Shown piece by piece: positions 32,590-41,721 of a stretch of DNA of 64,000 nucleotides (positions are counted from its first letter, which is position 1; the number at the start of each line of letters is the position of its first letter). Both the position numbers and the translations under genes were made by a program. Source of the stretch: an uncultured cyanobacterium (GTDB taxonomy: Bacteria; Cyanobacteriota; Cyanobacteriia; Cyanobacteriales; Cyanobacteriaceae); NCBI GenBank assembly GCA_963710605.1, contig CAVQBA010000006.1, positions 224,001 through 288,000 of the forward strand, read 5' to 3'. The notes beneath the pieces are model-generated. The model was not told where the DNA came from. It did no database searches and saw nothing but the letters and a program-made list of their open reading frames with translations.

Positions 32590-33666
32590 ATGAAAAATCA
32601 AAGATTATCCGCAGATAATTTACCCATGAACAAAAATTATAATCGCCCCCTCAAAATAGGTGTTATTGGGGTAGGTAATATGGGACAACATCATACCAGA
32701 GTTTTGAGCTTACTCAAAGACGTTGAGTTAGTAGGAATTGCTGACGTTAACGTCGAAAGAGGTTTGGATTTAGCTGGTAAGTATAGAGTTCGTTTTTTTG
32801 AAAATTACCAAGAATTATTACCTCATGTAGAAGCAGTTTGTATTGCCGCCCCAACTAAACTGCATCATCAATTAGGTTTAGAATGTCTTAACGCTGGCGT
32901 ACATATTTTAATCGAAAAACCAATTGCCGCTAGTATAGCTGAAGCCGAATCTTTAGTTAACGCCGCCGCTACTGCTAATTGTATTTTACAAGTCGGACAT
33001 ATCGAACGTTTTAATCCAGCTTTCCAAGAATTGAGTAAGGTATTAAAAACAGAAGATATACTTGCACTTGAAGCCCACAGAATGAGCCCCTACTCTAATC
33101 GTGCTAATGATGTTTCTGTGGTTTTAGATTTAATGATTCATGATTTAGATTTACTTTTAGAAGTAGCTAATTCTTATGTAGTCAAAGTTAATGCTACAGG
33201 TAGCCGTTTAGCAAATTCTCAACATCTAGATTATGTTACTGCTACTCTTAATTTTGCTAATGGTATCGTTGCCACTGTCACGGCAAGTAAAGTAACTCAT
33301 CGTAAAATTCGTGGTTTAGCCGCCCATTGTCAAAATAGCCTAACTGAGGCAGATTTCCTTAACAATGAAATTTTAATTCATCGTCATACTACTGCTAATT
33401 ATACTACCGACTATGGACAAATTTGTTATCGTCAAGATGGTTTAATTGAAAAGGTTTACACCAGTAATATTGAACCTTTACACGCTGAATTAGAACATTT
33501 TGTTAGTTGTGTTAGAGGTGGTAATCAACCTTCTGTTGGTGGCGAACAAGCCTTAAAAGCCTTACGTTTAGCTAGTTGTATCGAAAAGTTGGCTTTAGAT
33601 GGTAAAGTGTGGGAAGATTCTTCGATTGATTTACATCAATTAAACGGACACATTGTCAGCATCTAA
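32590..33666 (+). CDS. Gfo/Idh/MocA oxidoreductase
   Basis: GVIGVGNMG, LIEKP, VGHIERFNP, DLMIHD. Confidence 0.92.
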   Translation: MKNQRLSADNLPMNKNYNRPLKIGVIGVGNMGQHHTRVLSLLKDVELVGIADVNVERGLDLAGKYRVRFFENYQELLPHVEAVCIAAPTKLHHQLGLECLNAGVHILIEKPIAASIAEAESLVNAAATANCILQVGHIERFNPAFQELSKVLKTEDILALEAHRMSPYSNRANDVSVVLDLMIHDLDLLLEVANSYVVKVNATGSRLANSQHLDYVTATLNFANGIVATVTASKVTHRKIRGLAAHCQNSLTEADFLNNEILIHRHTTANYTTDYGQICYRQDGLIEKVYTSNIEPLHAELEHFVSCVRGGNQPSVGGEQALKALRLASCIEKLALDGKVWEDSSIDLHQLNGHIVSI

Positions 33667-33850
33667 CAGTTAAGAGTTAAGAGTTAAGAGTTAAAAGTTA
33701 AAACCTATAAGCTATAAGCTAAGAGTTATTTATTGTCAATTCTCAATTGTCAATTATTATACATACCATAGTGTTCGTAACGATAATTAACTACTTATTA
33801 CTTATTAGACTTCTTTCATAATTAACAATTAAAGTTAGAAGATAAAAATT

Positions 33851-34129
33851 ATGGAATTAATTACAGGTGAAGAGTTAATTGACTTTGCCACAACTATCAA
33901 ATCAAAATCAGATTTTGAGTATTTTCTTCTATGTTTTGTCGAAGACTATAAAAAAAATCAAAATGAATGGGAGAATAAAAATTTGCTGAGTTATTTGGAA
34001 GGGATGAGATATTTTGTTCCGAGTATGGCTAACTACTATAAAAATATGAATGAAGAGGTTGATGTCGAACATGCAAGTTGGCGTATTGTTGCTGAAGTAT
34101 TAATTGCGGCAACTATTTATGGTAATTAA
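33851..34129 (+). CDS. Small hypothetical protein resembling orphan immunity-type proteins
   Basis: EWENKNLLSYLEGM...ASWRIVAEVLIAATIY pattern. Confidence 0.6.
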   Translation: MELITGEELIDFATTIKSKSDFEYFLLCFVEDYKKNQNEWENKNLLSYLEGMRYFVPSMANYYKNMNEEVDVEHASWRIVAEVLIAATIYGN

Positions 34130-34311
34130 ATACGATCGTATCTGTTATCTAGTATGTCAACGGAAAATTAACTAAAGTAGGATTGTTATTTTGTAGTATG
34201 ATAGTCGATCTTATTGGGTGTGTTTTTTAAAATCATTACATATTTAAGATCGTCTTATACAGCATAGAACGCATCACCCTTGCTGTTAAGTACGAATGAT
34301 TTACACTGTGG

Positions 34312-34480
34312 TCGATCGAGATAATATTTGCGTTGGGTTTATCCTCCAAGTCAGAACCTGTTGATAGTGGCTTATGCTAATTATCCTGTTGGTCAGTCTT
34401 TTATTTGGTAGGTGATGTCGATGTCTGTTTGGAGTAGAAGGGTTGACCAGATGTGGTTTACGCTATTATTGAGTTGATTA
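34312..34480 (-). pseudogene. Decayed fragment of a larger protein (repeat A; also at 34645-34800 and 35549-35714)
   Basis: NQLNNSVNHIWSTLLLQTDIDITYQIKD*PTG*LA*ATI/TGSDLEDKPNANIISIDH; copy 2 TYQIKDLPSGQLAEAIITDFDSEGKPKVEIVSI; copy 3 EIKDLPIGQLVQVTITGFDSQNKPKVGIVSI. Confidence 0.7.
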
Positions 34481-34850
34481 TTGGAAAGATACTCCTTGAT
34501 GGTGATGCAAGTACGATCGACATCTCGTAGGTTGGGTTAAGCCTCGAAAAGATTAATATACATTCGATACATAAAATAAAAGCCAAACCCAATAACCGTC
34601 GCCTTAATAAAACTAGAAATAGCGATCGTAACCTAACCCTCGATCGATCGAGACAATTTCTACCTTGGGTTTACCTTCCGAATCGAAATCTGTAATGATG
34701 GCTTCTGCTAGTTGTCCAGAAGGTAAGTCTTTTATTTGATAGGTTATCGATGTTTGTTTGAGGTAGAAAAGTTGACCAGATTTGGTTTACGCTATTATTT
34801 TATCGATCGAGTGTTTGTAGATTTGAATTAGATATTGAAGGAGAAATTTG

Positions 34851-35372
34851 ATGACCAGTATTATTATTGATCCCATTGAGCATAAACGTAGAATGGATAC
34901 TTGGAGTTATATTGACAGAATTTGGGACAGAAGCGATATCGCTCAAGAAGAAATTGTTAATATTTTTGATCAGTTCTTTGCTCCCACTATTACTGTTCGG
35001 GAATTGCGGGAATATTATGCCAGAGGAGAAAGAGAATTCATTGACATCAGTTTGCCCCATAAAGCTAATTTGACGGGAATCAATTTGGCTGGTGCGAATT
35101 TGATTGGTGCCAAGTTTAATCACTCCAATCTGACTGGGGCTAATTTGAACGGGGCTAATTTGAGATATGCTTGGATTAATGGAGTTAACTTCACTGAAGC
35201 TAATTTGGAAGGTGTTGATATTTCCTGGGCTGATGCTACTGGAGCTATTTTAAAAAATGCTAGTTTGCTCAATGCGATTGGACAATTTGGTATTAATTGT
35301 GATGCTCTTTATGAAAATACTATCAGACCTAATGGAAGCATTATCAAAGGACCCTATCGCCCTTTCGGATAA
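34851..35372 (+). CDS. Pentapeptide-repeat protein (cassette 2)
   Basis: YARGEREF...ANLTGINLAGANLIGAKFNHSNLTGANLNGANL...NTIRPNGSI; AGGAG RBS. Confidence 0.88.
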   Translation: MTSIIIDPIEHKRRMDTWSYIDRIWDRSDIAQEEIVNIFDQFFAPTITVRELREYYARGEREFIDISLPHKANLTGINLAGANLIGAKFNHSNLTGANLNGANLRYAWINGVNFTEANLEGVDISWADATGAILKNASLLNAIGQFGINCDALYENTIRPNGSIIKGPYRPFG

Positions 35373-35734
35373 TTCTAATAAGTTATTATTCGCTAATAAA
35401 AAAACTGGTAGCCTATAAGTACGATCGACATCTCGTAGAAAAAGGTGAAGCCCCGAAAAGATTAATATACATTCGATACATAAAATAAAAGCCAAACCCA
35501 ACAACCGTCACCTCAGTTAAACTAGAAATAGCGATCGTAACCTAACCCTCGATCGAGACAATTCCTACCTTGGGTTTATTTTGAGAGTCAAAACCTGTGA
35601 TAGTGACTTGTACTAATTGCCCTATTGGTAAGTCTTTTATTTCATCGATTATCGATGTTTGTTTGAGGTAGGAGAGTTAACCAGATTTGATTTACGCTAT
35701 TATTTAGTTGATTAATTATTTGAGGATTTGAACT

Positions 35735-36115
35735 ATGACTATGGAAGGTGGAGAATTGATCGCTCGTTATGGGGCGGGAGAAAGAGACTTTGCTGGAGTC
35801 GATTTGAGTGATGCCGATTTGCAAGATGTTCATTTGGATGGGATCAATTTGGAAGGGGCTATCTTGGATGGGGCTAATATGTGTTTTAGCACTTTTTCTC
35901 ATGCTAACTTCAAAAATGCCAGTATGGAAGAAATTGTTGCTCAAGAAACTTTCTTTGGAGATGCCACTTTTGAAAATGCTAATCTCAGAAATGCTATTAT
36001 TGCTGAATGTTGTATTGATAGAGCTAGTTTCAAAGGAGCTAATATTGAAGGTGTCGATGATAGCCTTTTCTACGGGGAGTATATATGGAGCGATGGAAAA
36101 GTCATTAGTGAGTGA
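35735..36115 (+). CDS. Pentapeptide-repeat protein (cassette 3)
   Basis: ELIARYGAGERDFAGVDLSDADLQDVHLDGINLEGAILDGANM...WSDGK. Confidence 0.88.
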   Translation: MTMEGGELIARYGAGERDFAGVDLSDADLQDVHLDGINLEGAILDGANMCFSTFSHANFKNASMEEIVAQETFFGDATFENANLRNAIIAECCIDRASFKGANIEGVDDSLFYGEYIWSDGKVISE

Positions 36116-36327
36116 GTAATCTTCAAAGTACGATCGACATCTTGTAGGTTGGGTTAAAGCCTCGAAAAGCTCAATATAAATTCGATACATAAAATACAAG
36201 CGAAAGCTAACAACAGTCGCCTCAGTAAAACTAGAAATAGCGATCGATCCCCCTAAATCCCCCTTAGAAAGGGGGACTCGATCTATTTATGTATCGCTTT
36301 TATAGATTGAATTGGTCTTCTTACTTA

Positions 36328-37455
36328 TTACTCCCACAATCGCCGACGAGACGAACCATTATAGCGGTGATGGCTATCATACAATAACTGCGGTATATCT
36401 AAAGATTCGGGGCATTTAGGTAAACATTCGCCACATTCGGTACATTTGTTTCCTTTTTGTCCCCAAAACCAATGCCCTGCATTTTCAAACATTTGATAAC
36501 GATATTTAGCGTATTCTGTCATCTCCAAACCAACACCAAGATTACGCAGACGTAATATTTCAGATATATTGATATTTTCAGGGCAAGGTAAACATAGATG
36601 ACATTGACTACATCGATCGGTTTGTAAAATCTCGCTCAATGCGGTTTCAATTTTAGCAAAAGTTTGTTGTTCTTCAAAAGTTAACGATCGATCGTCTTCG
36701 GCGACTGATAATGGTACGATAAACTGTTCTGGATTACTTGCCCCTAAACTCAATGTGGTAATACGTCGATCGTTAAGTAAAAAACGGTAATTCAAATACA
36801 TCGGTGTAAAAGGCTGACAAAGACTACTCAATTTAGTTGAAGGTTGATGTAACAACCCTCCTTTGTCTACAGGAGAAATAATAAATACACCCATATCTTT
36901 CTCTTGGGCTAATGTTAAAGCAGGGCTATTTCTTTGCCAAAAATAATAGTAGTGTAAATTAACAAACGAAAATAGATTTGTTTCGATCGTCTTGCTAATT
37001 AAATCTAAATTACCATGAGTAGAAAAACCAATATGTTTAATTTTTCCTAATTGTTGTGCTTTTTTTAAAACATCTAAGCAACTGTTTTTTTGCGTAACAA
37101 TTTCTAAATGTTGTGGCGTATTAATTCCGTGAATAGCAACACAATCAAGATAATCTACTTGTAAATTAGCTAAAGATTCATCTAACCATTTTTGCATTAT
37201 TTGAGCAGAATCAACAGGAGTAAATTTAGTCGTAATAACAATTTTTTCACGAGGAATATTTAACTGTTTTAAAGCCTTACCCAAATATTGTTCACTTTCA
37301 CCGTAAGCCTTTGCAGTTTCTATATGATTGATACCTAATTCTAATGCTTCATTAACGGTGTCTAACAATTGATTATAATTATCACAACAACGCATCAAAC
37401 CAAGAGAGAAAACCGACATTTTTAATTCTGTCTTACCAAAACGACGATATAGCAT
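36328..37455 (-). CDS. Aldo/keto reductase with C-terminal 4Fe-4S dicluster
   Basis: YRRFGKT, HIETAKAYG, IGFSTHG, CSQCHLCLPCP and CTECGECLPKCP. Confidence 0.9.
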   Translation of the reverse strand: MLYRRFGKTELKMSVFSLGLMRCCDNYNQLLDTVNEALELGINHIETAKAYGESEQYLGKALKQLNIPREKIVITTKFTPVDSAQIMQKWLDESLANLQVDYLDCVAIHGINTPQHLEIVTQKNSCLDVLKKAQQLGKIKHIGFSTHGNLDLISKTIETNLFSFVNLHYYYFWQRNSPALTLAQEKDMGVFIISPVDKGGLLHQPSTKLSSLCQPFTPMYLNYRFLLNDRRITTLSLGASNPEQFIVPLSVAEDDRSLTFEEQQTFAKIETALSEILQTDRCSQCHLCLPCPENINISEILRLRNLGVGLEMTEYAKYRYQMFENAGHWFWGQKGNKCTECGECLPKCPESLDIPQLLYDSHHRYNGSSRRRLWE

Positions 37456-37580
37456 TGCATAGTTAATAGTTGATATAGCGTTTCCTACATTTATGAGGTA
37501 TAGTTTATATTTGCAAGTCCCCCTTTCTAAGGGGGATTTAGGGGGATCGATATGTGATTCATAATACTAATAATTGCTAT

Positions 37581-37850
37581 CTATAAAACGATCGTCTCTT
37601 GTCAAATGTGCTAAGTAATTAATTATTCATTCTAAGGGTTAGTTGTTGGGTTTCGTTTTTATTTTATTTGTAGTTTAGATCTTAAGCCTTTAGAGACTCA
37701 ACCCAACCTACAACTATAAAACGATCGTCTCTTGTCAAATGAGCTAAGTAATTAATTATTCATTTTAAGGGTTAGTTGTTGGGTTTCGTTTTTATTTTAT
37801 CTCTAGTTTAGATCTTAAGCCCTTGGAGGCTCAACCCAACCTACAACTAT
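37581..37850. repeat. Two tandem 133-bp units each with CGATCG and a GTAG-footed long REP-like element
   Basis: ctataaaacgatcgtctcttgtcaaatg...gttgggtttcg...ctcaacccaacctacaactat at 37581 and 37714. Confidence 0.9.
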
Positions 37851-37994
37851 TCCTCTTTTGTTACTCCCCTCTCCTGCGAGGAGCGGTCAGACCCCGCGTC
37901 GGCGTAGGACGCAAGGGAACGCTGACCAAGACAGAGGGGTTGGGGGTGAGGTAAAATCAAAATAAGGCTGGTACTTTTTTTCATGGAAATGTCT

Positions 37995-38774
37995 TTAATT
38001 ATCAATGACTAACTGCTGTTTAGAATTAAAAAATTTACGATAAACGCCTTCAGTAATAATTAAAGTAGTCATCAAATTAGATAAAGCAACCATAAACAAA
38101 ATTAAAATTTGATATGAAGCCGCTGATAAAGGATCGTTTCCTGCTAATACTTGCCCTGTAAACATCCCTGGTAAACTCACCATCCCAACTATCATCATCG
38201 TATTTAACGTGGGAATTAAAGCGACTTTAACTGCTCCAATACGGTATTTTTCGATCGCTTGTTTGTCTGTTGCCCCCAAACATAAATGGGTTTCAATCTC
38301 CAGACGATTATGTTTAATTGAGGTAGCAAGTCTTTCTCCTGATAAAGATGCACCATTAAGGGTGTTACCAAGTATCATACCGACTAAAGGGATAAGATAC
38401 TGAGGATTGTACCATCGATCGGGTTGAATAATAAAAATTATGCCATAACCCACAATTAATGAGGAGGTGAAAAATAATGCTCCCCAGACTATGGGTAATA
38501 AACCTGCCATCTTTTTCGCAATTCGATTTTTAGCCACGATCGCCGCAATTGTGATCATCACTGATACAATTGAAATTACCGCAACAGGATTATCGATCGC
38601 AAAAATAAATTCTAAGACATAACCGATAAACATTAGCTGAATCAAAGAGCGAATACCAGCTATTAAAAATTGACCTTCTAGCCCTAGTTTTTGCCACCTA
38701 GATAAAGCGATCGCAATTACAATCAGCCCCCCAGTCCAAAACAAATCAAGAAAGTCTAATTCGATAATTTCCAT
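37995..38774 (-). CDS. fetB: UPF0014 / FetB (YbbM) ABC permease
   Basis: RSLIQL, PQYLIPLVGMILGN, GMVSLPGMFTGQVLAG, AASYQI. Confidence 0.85.
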   Translation of the reverse strand: MEIIELDFLDLFWTGGLIVIAIALSRWQKLGLEGQFLIAGIRSLIQLMFIGYVLEFIFAIDNPVAVISIVSVMITIAAIVAKNRIAKKMAGLLPIVWGALFFTSSLIVGYGIIFIIQPDRWYNPQYLIPLVGMILGNTLNGASLSGERLATSIKHNRLEIETHLCLGATDKQAIEKYRIGAVKVALIPTLNTMMIVGMVSLPGMFTGQVLAGNDPLSAASYQILILFMVALSNLMTTLIITEGVYRKFFNSKQQLVIDN

Positions 38775-39020
38775 CTTTTTAGAATTTAGAAGTCATAATT
38801 CAGGTGTTAGCCGTTAGCTCTTAACTTTTATCATTAATTAAAATAAAAATGAGACAATTTGAGAATTATTTCTTTTAGTTTAATTTATTAAACGGATTCT
38901 ATTAGCCTTGGCAATTTATTGCAAGGCGGGTTCGGGTTTCATATTTATACTGTCTCAAACTTAATTTAAACAACTATAACTGTTTAACTTTTTACAAATT
39001 ACTTCCTCTTTCATCCTTGA

Positions 39021-39359
39021 CTAAGAATCGATCGAAAAAGAAAGACCACAGGTACAATGGTGAGTAATATCAGGGTTTTTAAATTGGAATGCACCCCCCA
39101 TCAAATCTTCTAAATAATCGATCGTCAAATTTTGGATTTGTTCATGACTTACTCGATCGGTAATAATTACAATACCCGAATCGTGAGTAAACTGTAAATT
39201 TTGCTGATCAGATTCAGCCATAAAATCTAACTGATAAATAAACTCCAAACAACCTCCCTCACTAACTTTGATTCGTAGATACTTAGAATCAGAATCAGAA
39301 TCTTGGTGATTTTTTAATCTCTCTAATTCAGCGATCGCTCTTGTTGTTAAATTAACCAT
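39021..39359 (-). CDS. HesB/IscA-family Fe-S assembly protein
   Basis: LRIKVSEGGC, IDYLEDLMGGAFQFKNP, CTCGLSF. Confidence 0.9.
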   Translation of the reverse strand: MVNLTTRAIAELERLKNHQDSDSDSKYLRIKVSEGGCLEFIYQLDFMAESDQQNLQFTHDSGIVIITDRVSHEQIQNLTIDYLEDLMGGAFQFKNPDITHHCTCGLSFSIDS

Positions 39360-39620
39360 AGGTAATTTAATTAATAATTAATAATTAATAATTAATAATT
39401 TTTTAATCTGTTATTATTTCAATTTGAGAAAATATTATCTCATAAATAATTGTCATTAGGGTATGAGAGAAAAAGAAAACACAAAGTTTTTATACTTATA
39501 AGTTCAAAAAACAACAAACAATGTTTAGTTTTGAAACTTGAATACTAGACACAGATATCAATATGTTTAGTGGGAAAAAATTCATTCTCCATTCTCCATT
39601 CTCCATTCTCCATTAATTAC

Positions 39621-40007
39621 CTATCCACGGGAATAATCATCTTGAAAACGGATAATGTCATCTTCGCCTAGATATTCGCCATTCTGGACTTCAATTAAAA
39701 CTAACTTGATTACCCCTGGATTTTCTAAACGATGAGCAGTACACTGAGGCACATAAGTAGATTCATTCGCACCTAAAATTGTTTCTTTATCACCACAAGT
39801 TACCTTAGCTGTACCTGATACGACAATCCAATGTTCGCTACGGTGGTGGTGCATTTGTAAACTTAATCGGTGTCCAGGTTGAACTTCAATTCGTTTGATT
39901 TTGTAACCTGTACCTTCTTCTAAAGTGGTAAAGCTACCCCAAGGACGAGTTTCAGACATATTTGCTTGATTAACAGGAGTTTGAGTAATAGACATAGACA
40001 TCACCAA
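39621..40007 (-). CDS. Mannose-6-phosphate isomerase type II C-terminal cupin
   Basis: RPWG, LSLQMHHHRSEHW, HRLENPG, GEYLGEDDIIR. Confidence 0.92.
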   Translation of the reverse strand: MVMSMSITQTPVNQANMSETRPWGSFTTLEEGTGYKIKRIEVQPGHRLSLQMHHHRSEHWIVVSGTAKVTCGDKETILGANESTYVPQCTAHRLENPGVIKLVLIEVQNGEYLGEDDIIRFQDDYSRG

Positions 40008-40093
40008 TTGAATTTAGTTTAAAAGCACTTTGCTGTAATTCTAACTTAAGATAACAATAGTTTAAGGTTTTATATAGTCAAAAAGAATACATT

Positions 40094-40834
40094 ATGGAAT
40101 TACATTTATGTACTTGGCAAGAAGTAGAAAATTATCTCAACAGTTCAGATAGTATTATTATACCGATCGGTTCTACAGAACAGCATGGTCCGACTGGATT
40201 AATTGGTACTGATGCTATTTGTGCTTATAAAGTAGCTATAGGAGTAGGAGAAAAAGCTAACGCCTTAGTTGCCCCGACGATGAATGTGGGGATGGCACTT
40301 CATCATACGGCTTTCCCCGGTAGTATTAGTTTACGCCCCACTACCTTAATTCTTTATATCCAAGATTATATTACCTCTTTAGCTAAAGCAGGTTTTCGTA
40401 AATTCTTTTTTATCAATGGGCATGGTGGTAATGTAGCTACATTAAGAGCGGCTTTTTCGCAAATATACGATCATTTAGATGGTTTAAATATAACTAATTC
40501 TGAACAAGTTAAATGTAAAGTAGCAAATTGGTATATGGGTAGGGAAGTTTATCAATTAGCAAAAAGCTTGTATGGTAAGGAAGAAGGCTCTCATGCTACC
40601 CCTTCTGAAGTTGCTTTAACTCAATATGTTTATCCAGAAGAAATTAAAACAGCTACCCTAAACCCAGAAGTATCAAAAGGTTATGCTATTTATGGAGCAA
40701 AGAGCTTTCGTAAAAGTTACCCAGATGGTAGAATGGGATCAAATCCCGCTTTGGCTACTCCTGAACACGGTCAACAATTCTACGAGTTGGCAGTAAAAGA
40801 ATTAACTCAAAGTTACGGGGAATTTATTCAATAA
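40094..40834 (+). CDS. Creatininase-family amidohydrolase
   Basis: GSTEQHG, NGHGGN, GSHA. Confidence 0.9.
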   Translation: MELHLCTWQEVENYLNSSDSIIIPIGSTEQHGPTGLIGTDAICAYKVAIGVGEKANALVAPTMNVGMALHHTAFPGSISLRPTTLILYIQDYITSLAKAGFRKFFFINGHGGNVATLRAAFSQIYDHLDGLNITNSEQVKCKVANWYMGREVYQLAKSLYGKEEGSHATPSEVALTQYVYPEEIKTATLNPEVSKGYAIYGAKSFRKSYPDGRMGSNPALATPEHGQQFYELAVKELTQSYGEFIQ

Positions 40835-40869
40835 ATTTAGACATTTTTTCATCACCAGACTTTCATCAT

Positions 40870-41685
40870 ATGAAACCATATTTGGCGGCGGCGGTTTGCA
40901 TGACTAGTACTCCTGATATAGATCATAATCTAGCTCAGGCGGAAGAATTAATCGAGTTAGCAGTAAATCAAGGGGCAAAACTAATCGGTTTACCAGAAAA
41001 TTTTTCTTTTTTAGGTGAAGACGATGACAAAATTGCTCAAGCAAAAACGATCGTTTCTCGAAGCGAAAAGTTTCTCACTCAGATGTCACGGCGTTATCAG
41101 GTAACTATCCTTGGTGGTGGTTTTCCTGCTACTGTAGCAGACGATCATTCTAAAGTATCTAATACAGCAGTATTAGTTTCTCCTGATGGTTCGCAATTAG
41201 CTCGTTATCACAAGGTACATTTATTTGATGCTGATATGCCTGATGGTAATCATTATCAAGAATCTAGTTCGGTGATGGCAGGAGACAAATTACCTGATGT
41301 TTGTGATGCTGGAGATTTGGGTAAGTTAGGTTTTTCGATTTGTTATGATGTCCGTTTTCCTGAATTATTTCGTCATTTATCTGAGCAAGGGGCAGAAATA
41401 ATCTTTATCCCTGCGGCTTTCACCGCTTTTACTGGAAAAGATCATTGGCAAGTATTATTACAAGCAAGAGCGATCGAAAATACTAGTTATGTGATTGCCC
41501 CTGCCCAAACAGGTAATCATTATGGTCGTCGTTGTAGCCACGGTCATGCTATGATTATCGATCCTTGGGGTTGTATTCTCAAAAGCACTGGCACACAAAT
41601 TGGCATCGCTTTGGCTGAAATTAATCCACAACGATTACAACAAGTAAGAAAACAAATGCCTTGTTTACAACACCGAGTGTTTTGA
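40870..41685 (+). CDS. Carbon-nitrogen hydrolase (Nit1 / deaminated glutathione amidase-like)
   Basis: LPEN, YHKVHLFD, SICYDVRFPE, RAIEN. Confidence 0.9.
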   Translation: MKPYLAAAVCMTSTPDIDHNLAQAEELIELAVNQGAKLIGLPENFSFLGEDDDKIAQAKTIVSRSEKFLTQMSRRYQVTILGGGFPATVADDHSKVSNTAVLVSPDGSQLARYHKVHLFDADMPDGNHYQESSSVMAGDKLPDVCDAGDLGKLGFSICYDVRFPELFRHLSEQGAEIIFIPAAFTAFTGKDHWQVLLQARAIENTSYVIAPAQTGNHYGRRCSHGHAMIIDPWGCILKSTGTQIGIALAEINPQRLQQVRKQMPCLQHRVF

Positions 41686-41721
41686 GTAAGGAGTAAGGAG
41701 TAATGAGTAATGAGTAATGAG

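Larger units (their letters stand above)
34312..36246. repeat. Three-unit tandem array A-[variable]-B: A1 34312-34480, B1 34509-34646, A2 34645-34800, B2 35417-35555, A3 35549-35714, B3 36126-36246
   Basis: A ~160 bp (tcgatcgaga...gggttta...agtcttttattt...ccagat(t/g)tg(g/a)tttacgctattatt); B ~120-140 bp (aagtacgatcgacatct...cgaaaag...ttcgatacataaaata...actagaaatagcgatcg). Confidence 0.9.

Noticed and set aside
34312-36246. CRISPR array or classical integron
   Set aside because: Repeats are 120-170 bp and degenerate, with gene-sized inserts; no cas genes, integrase or attC-like GTTRRRY boxes recognised.
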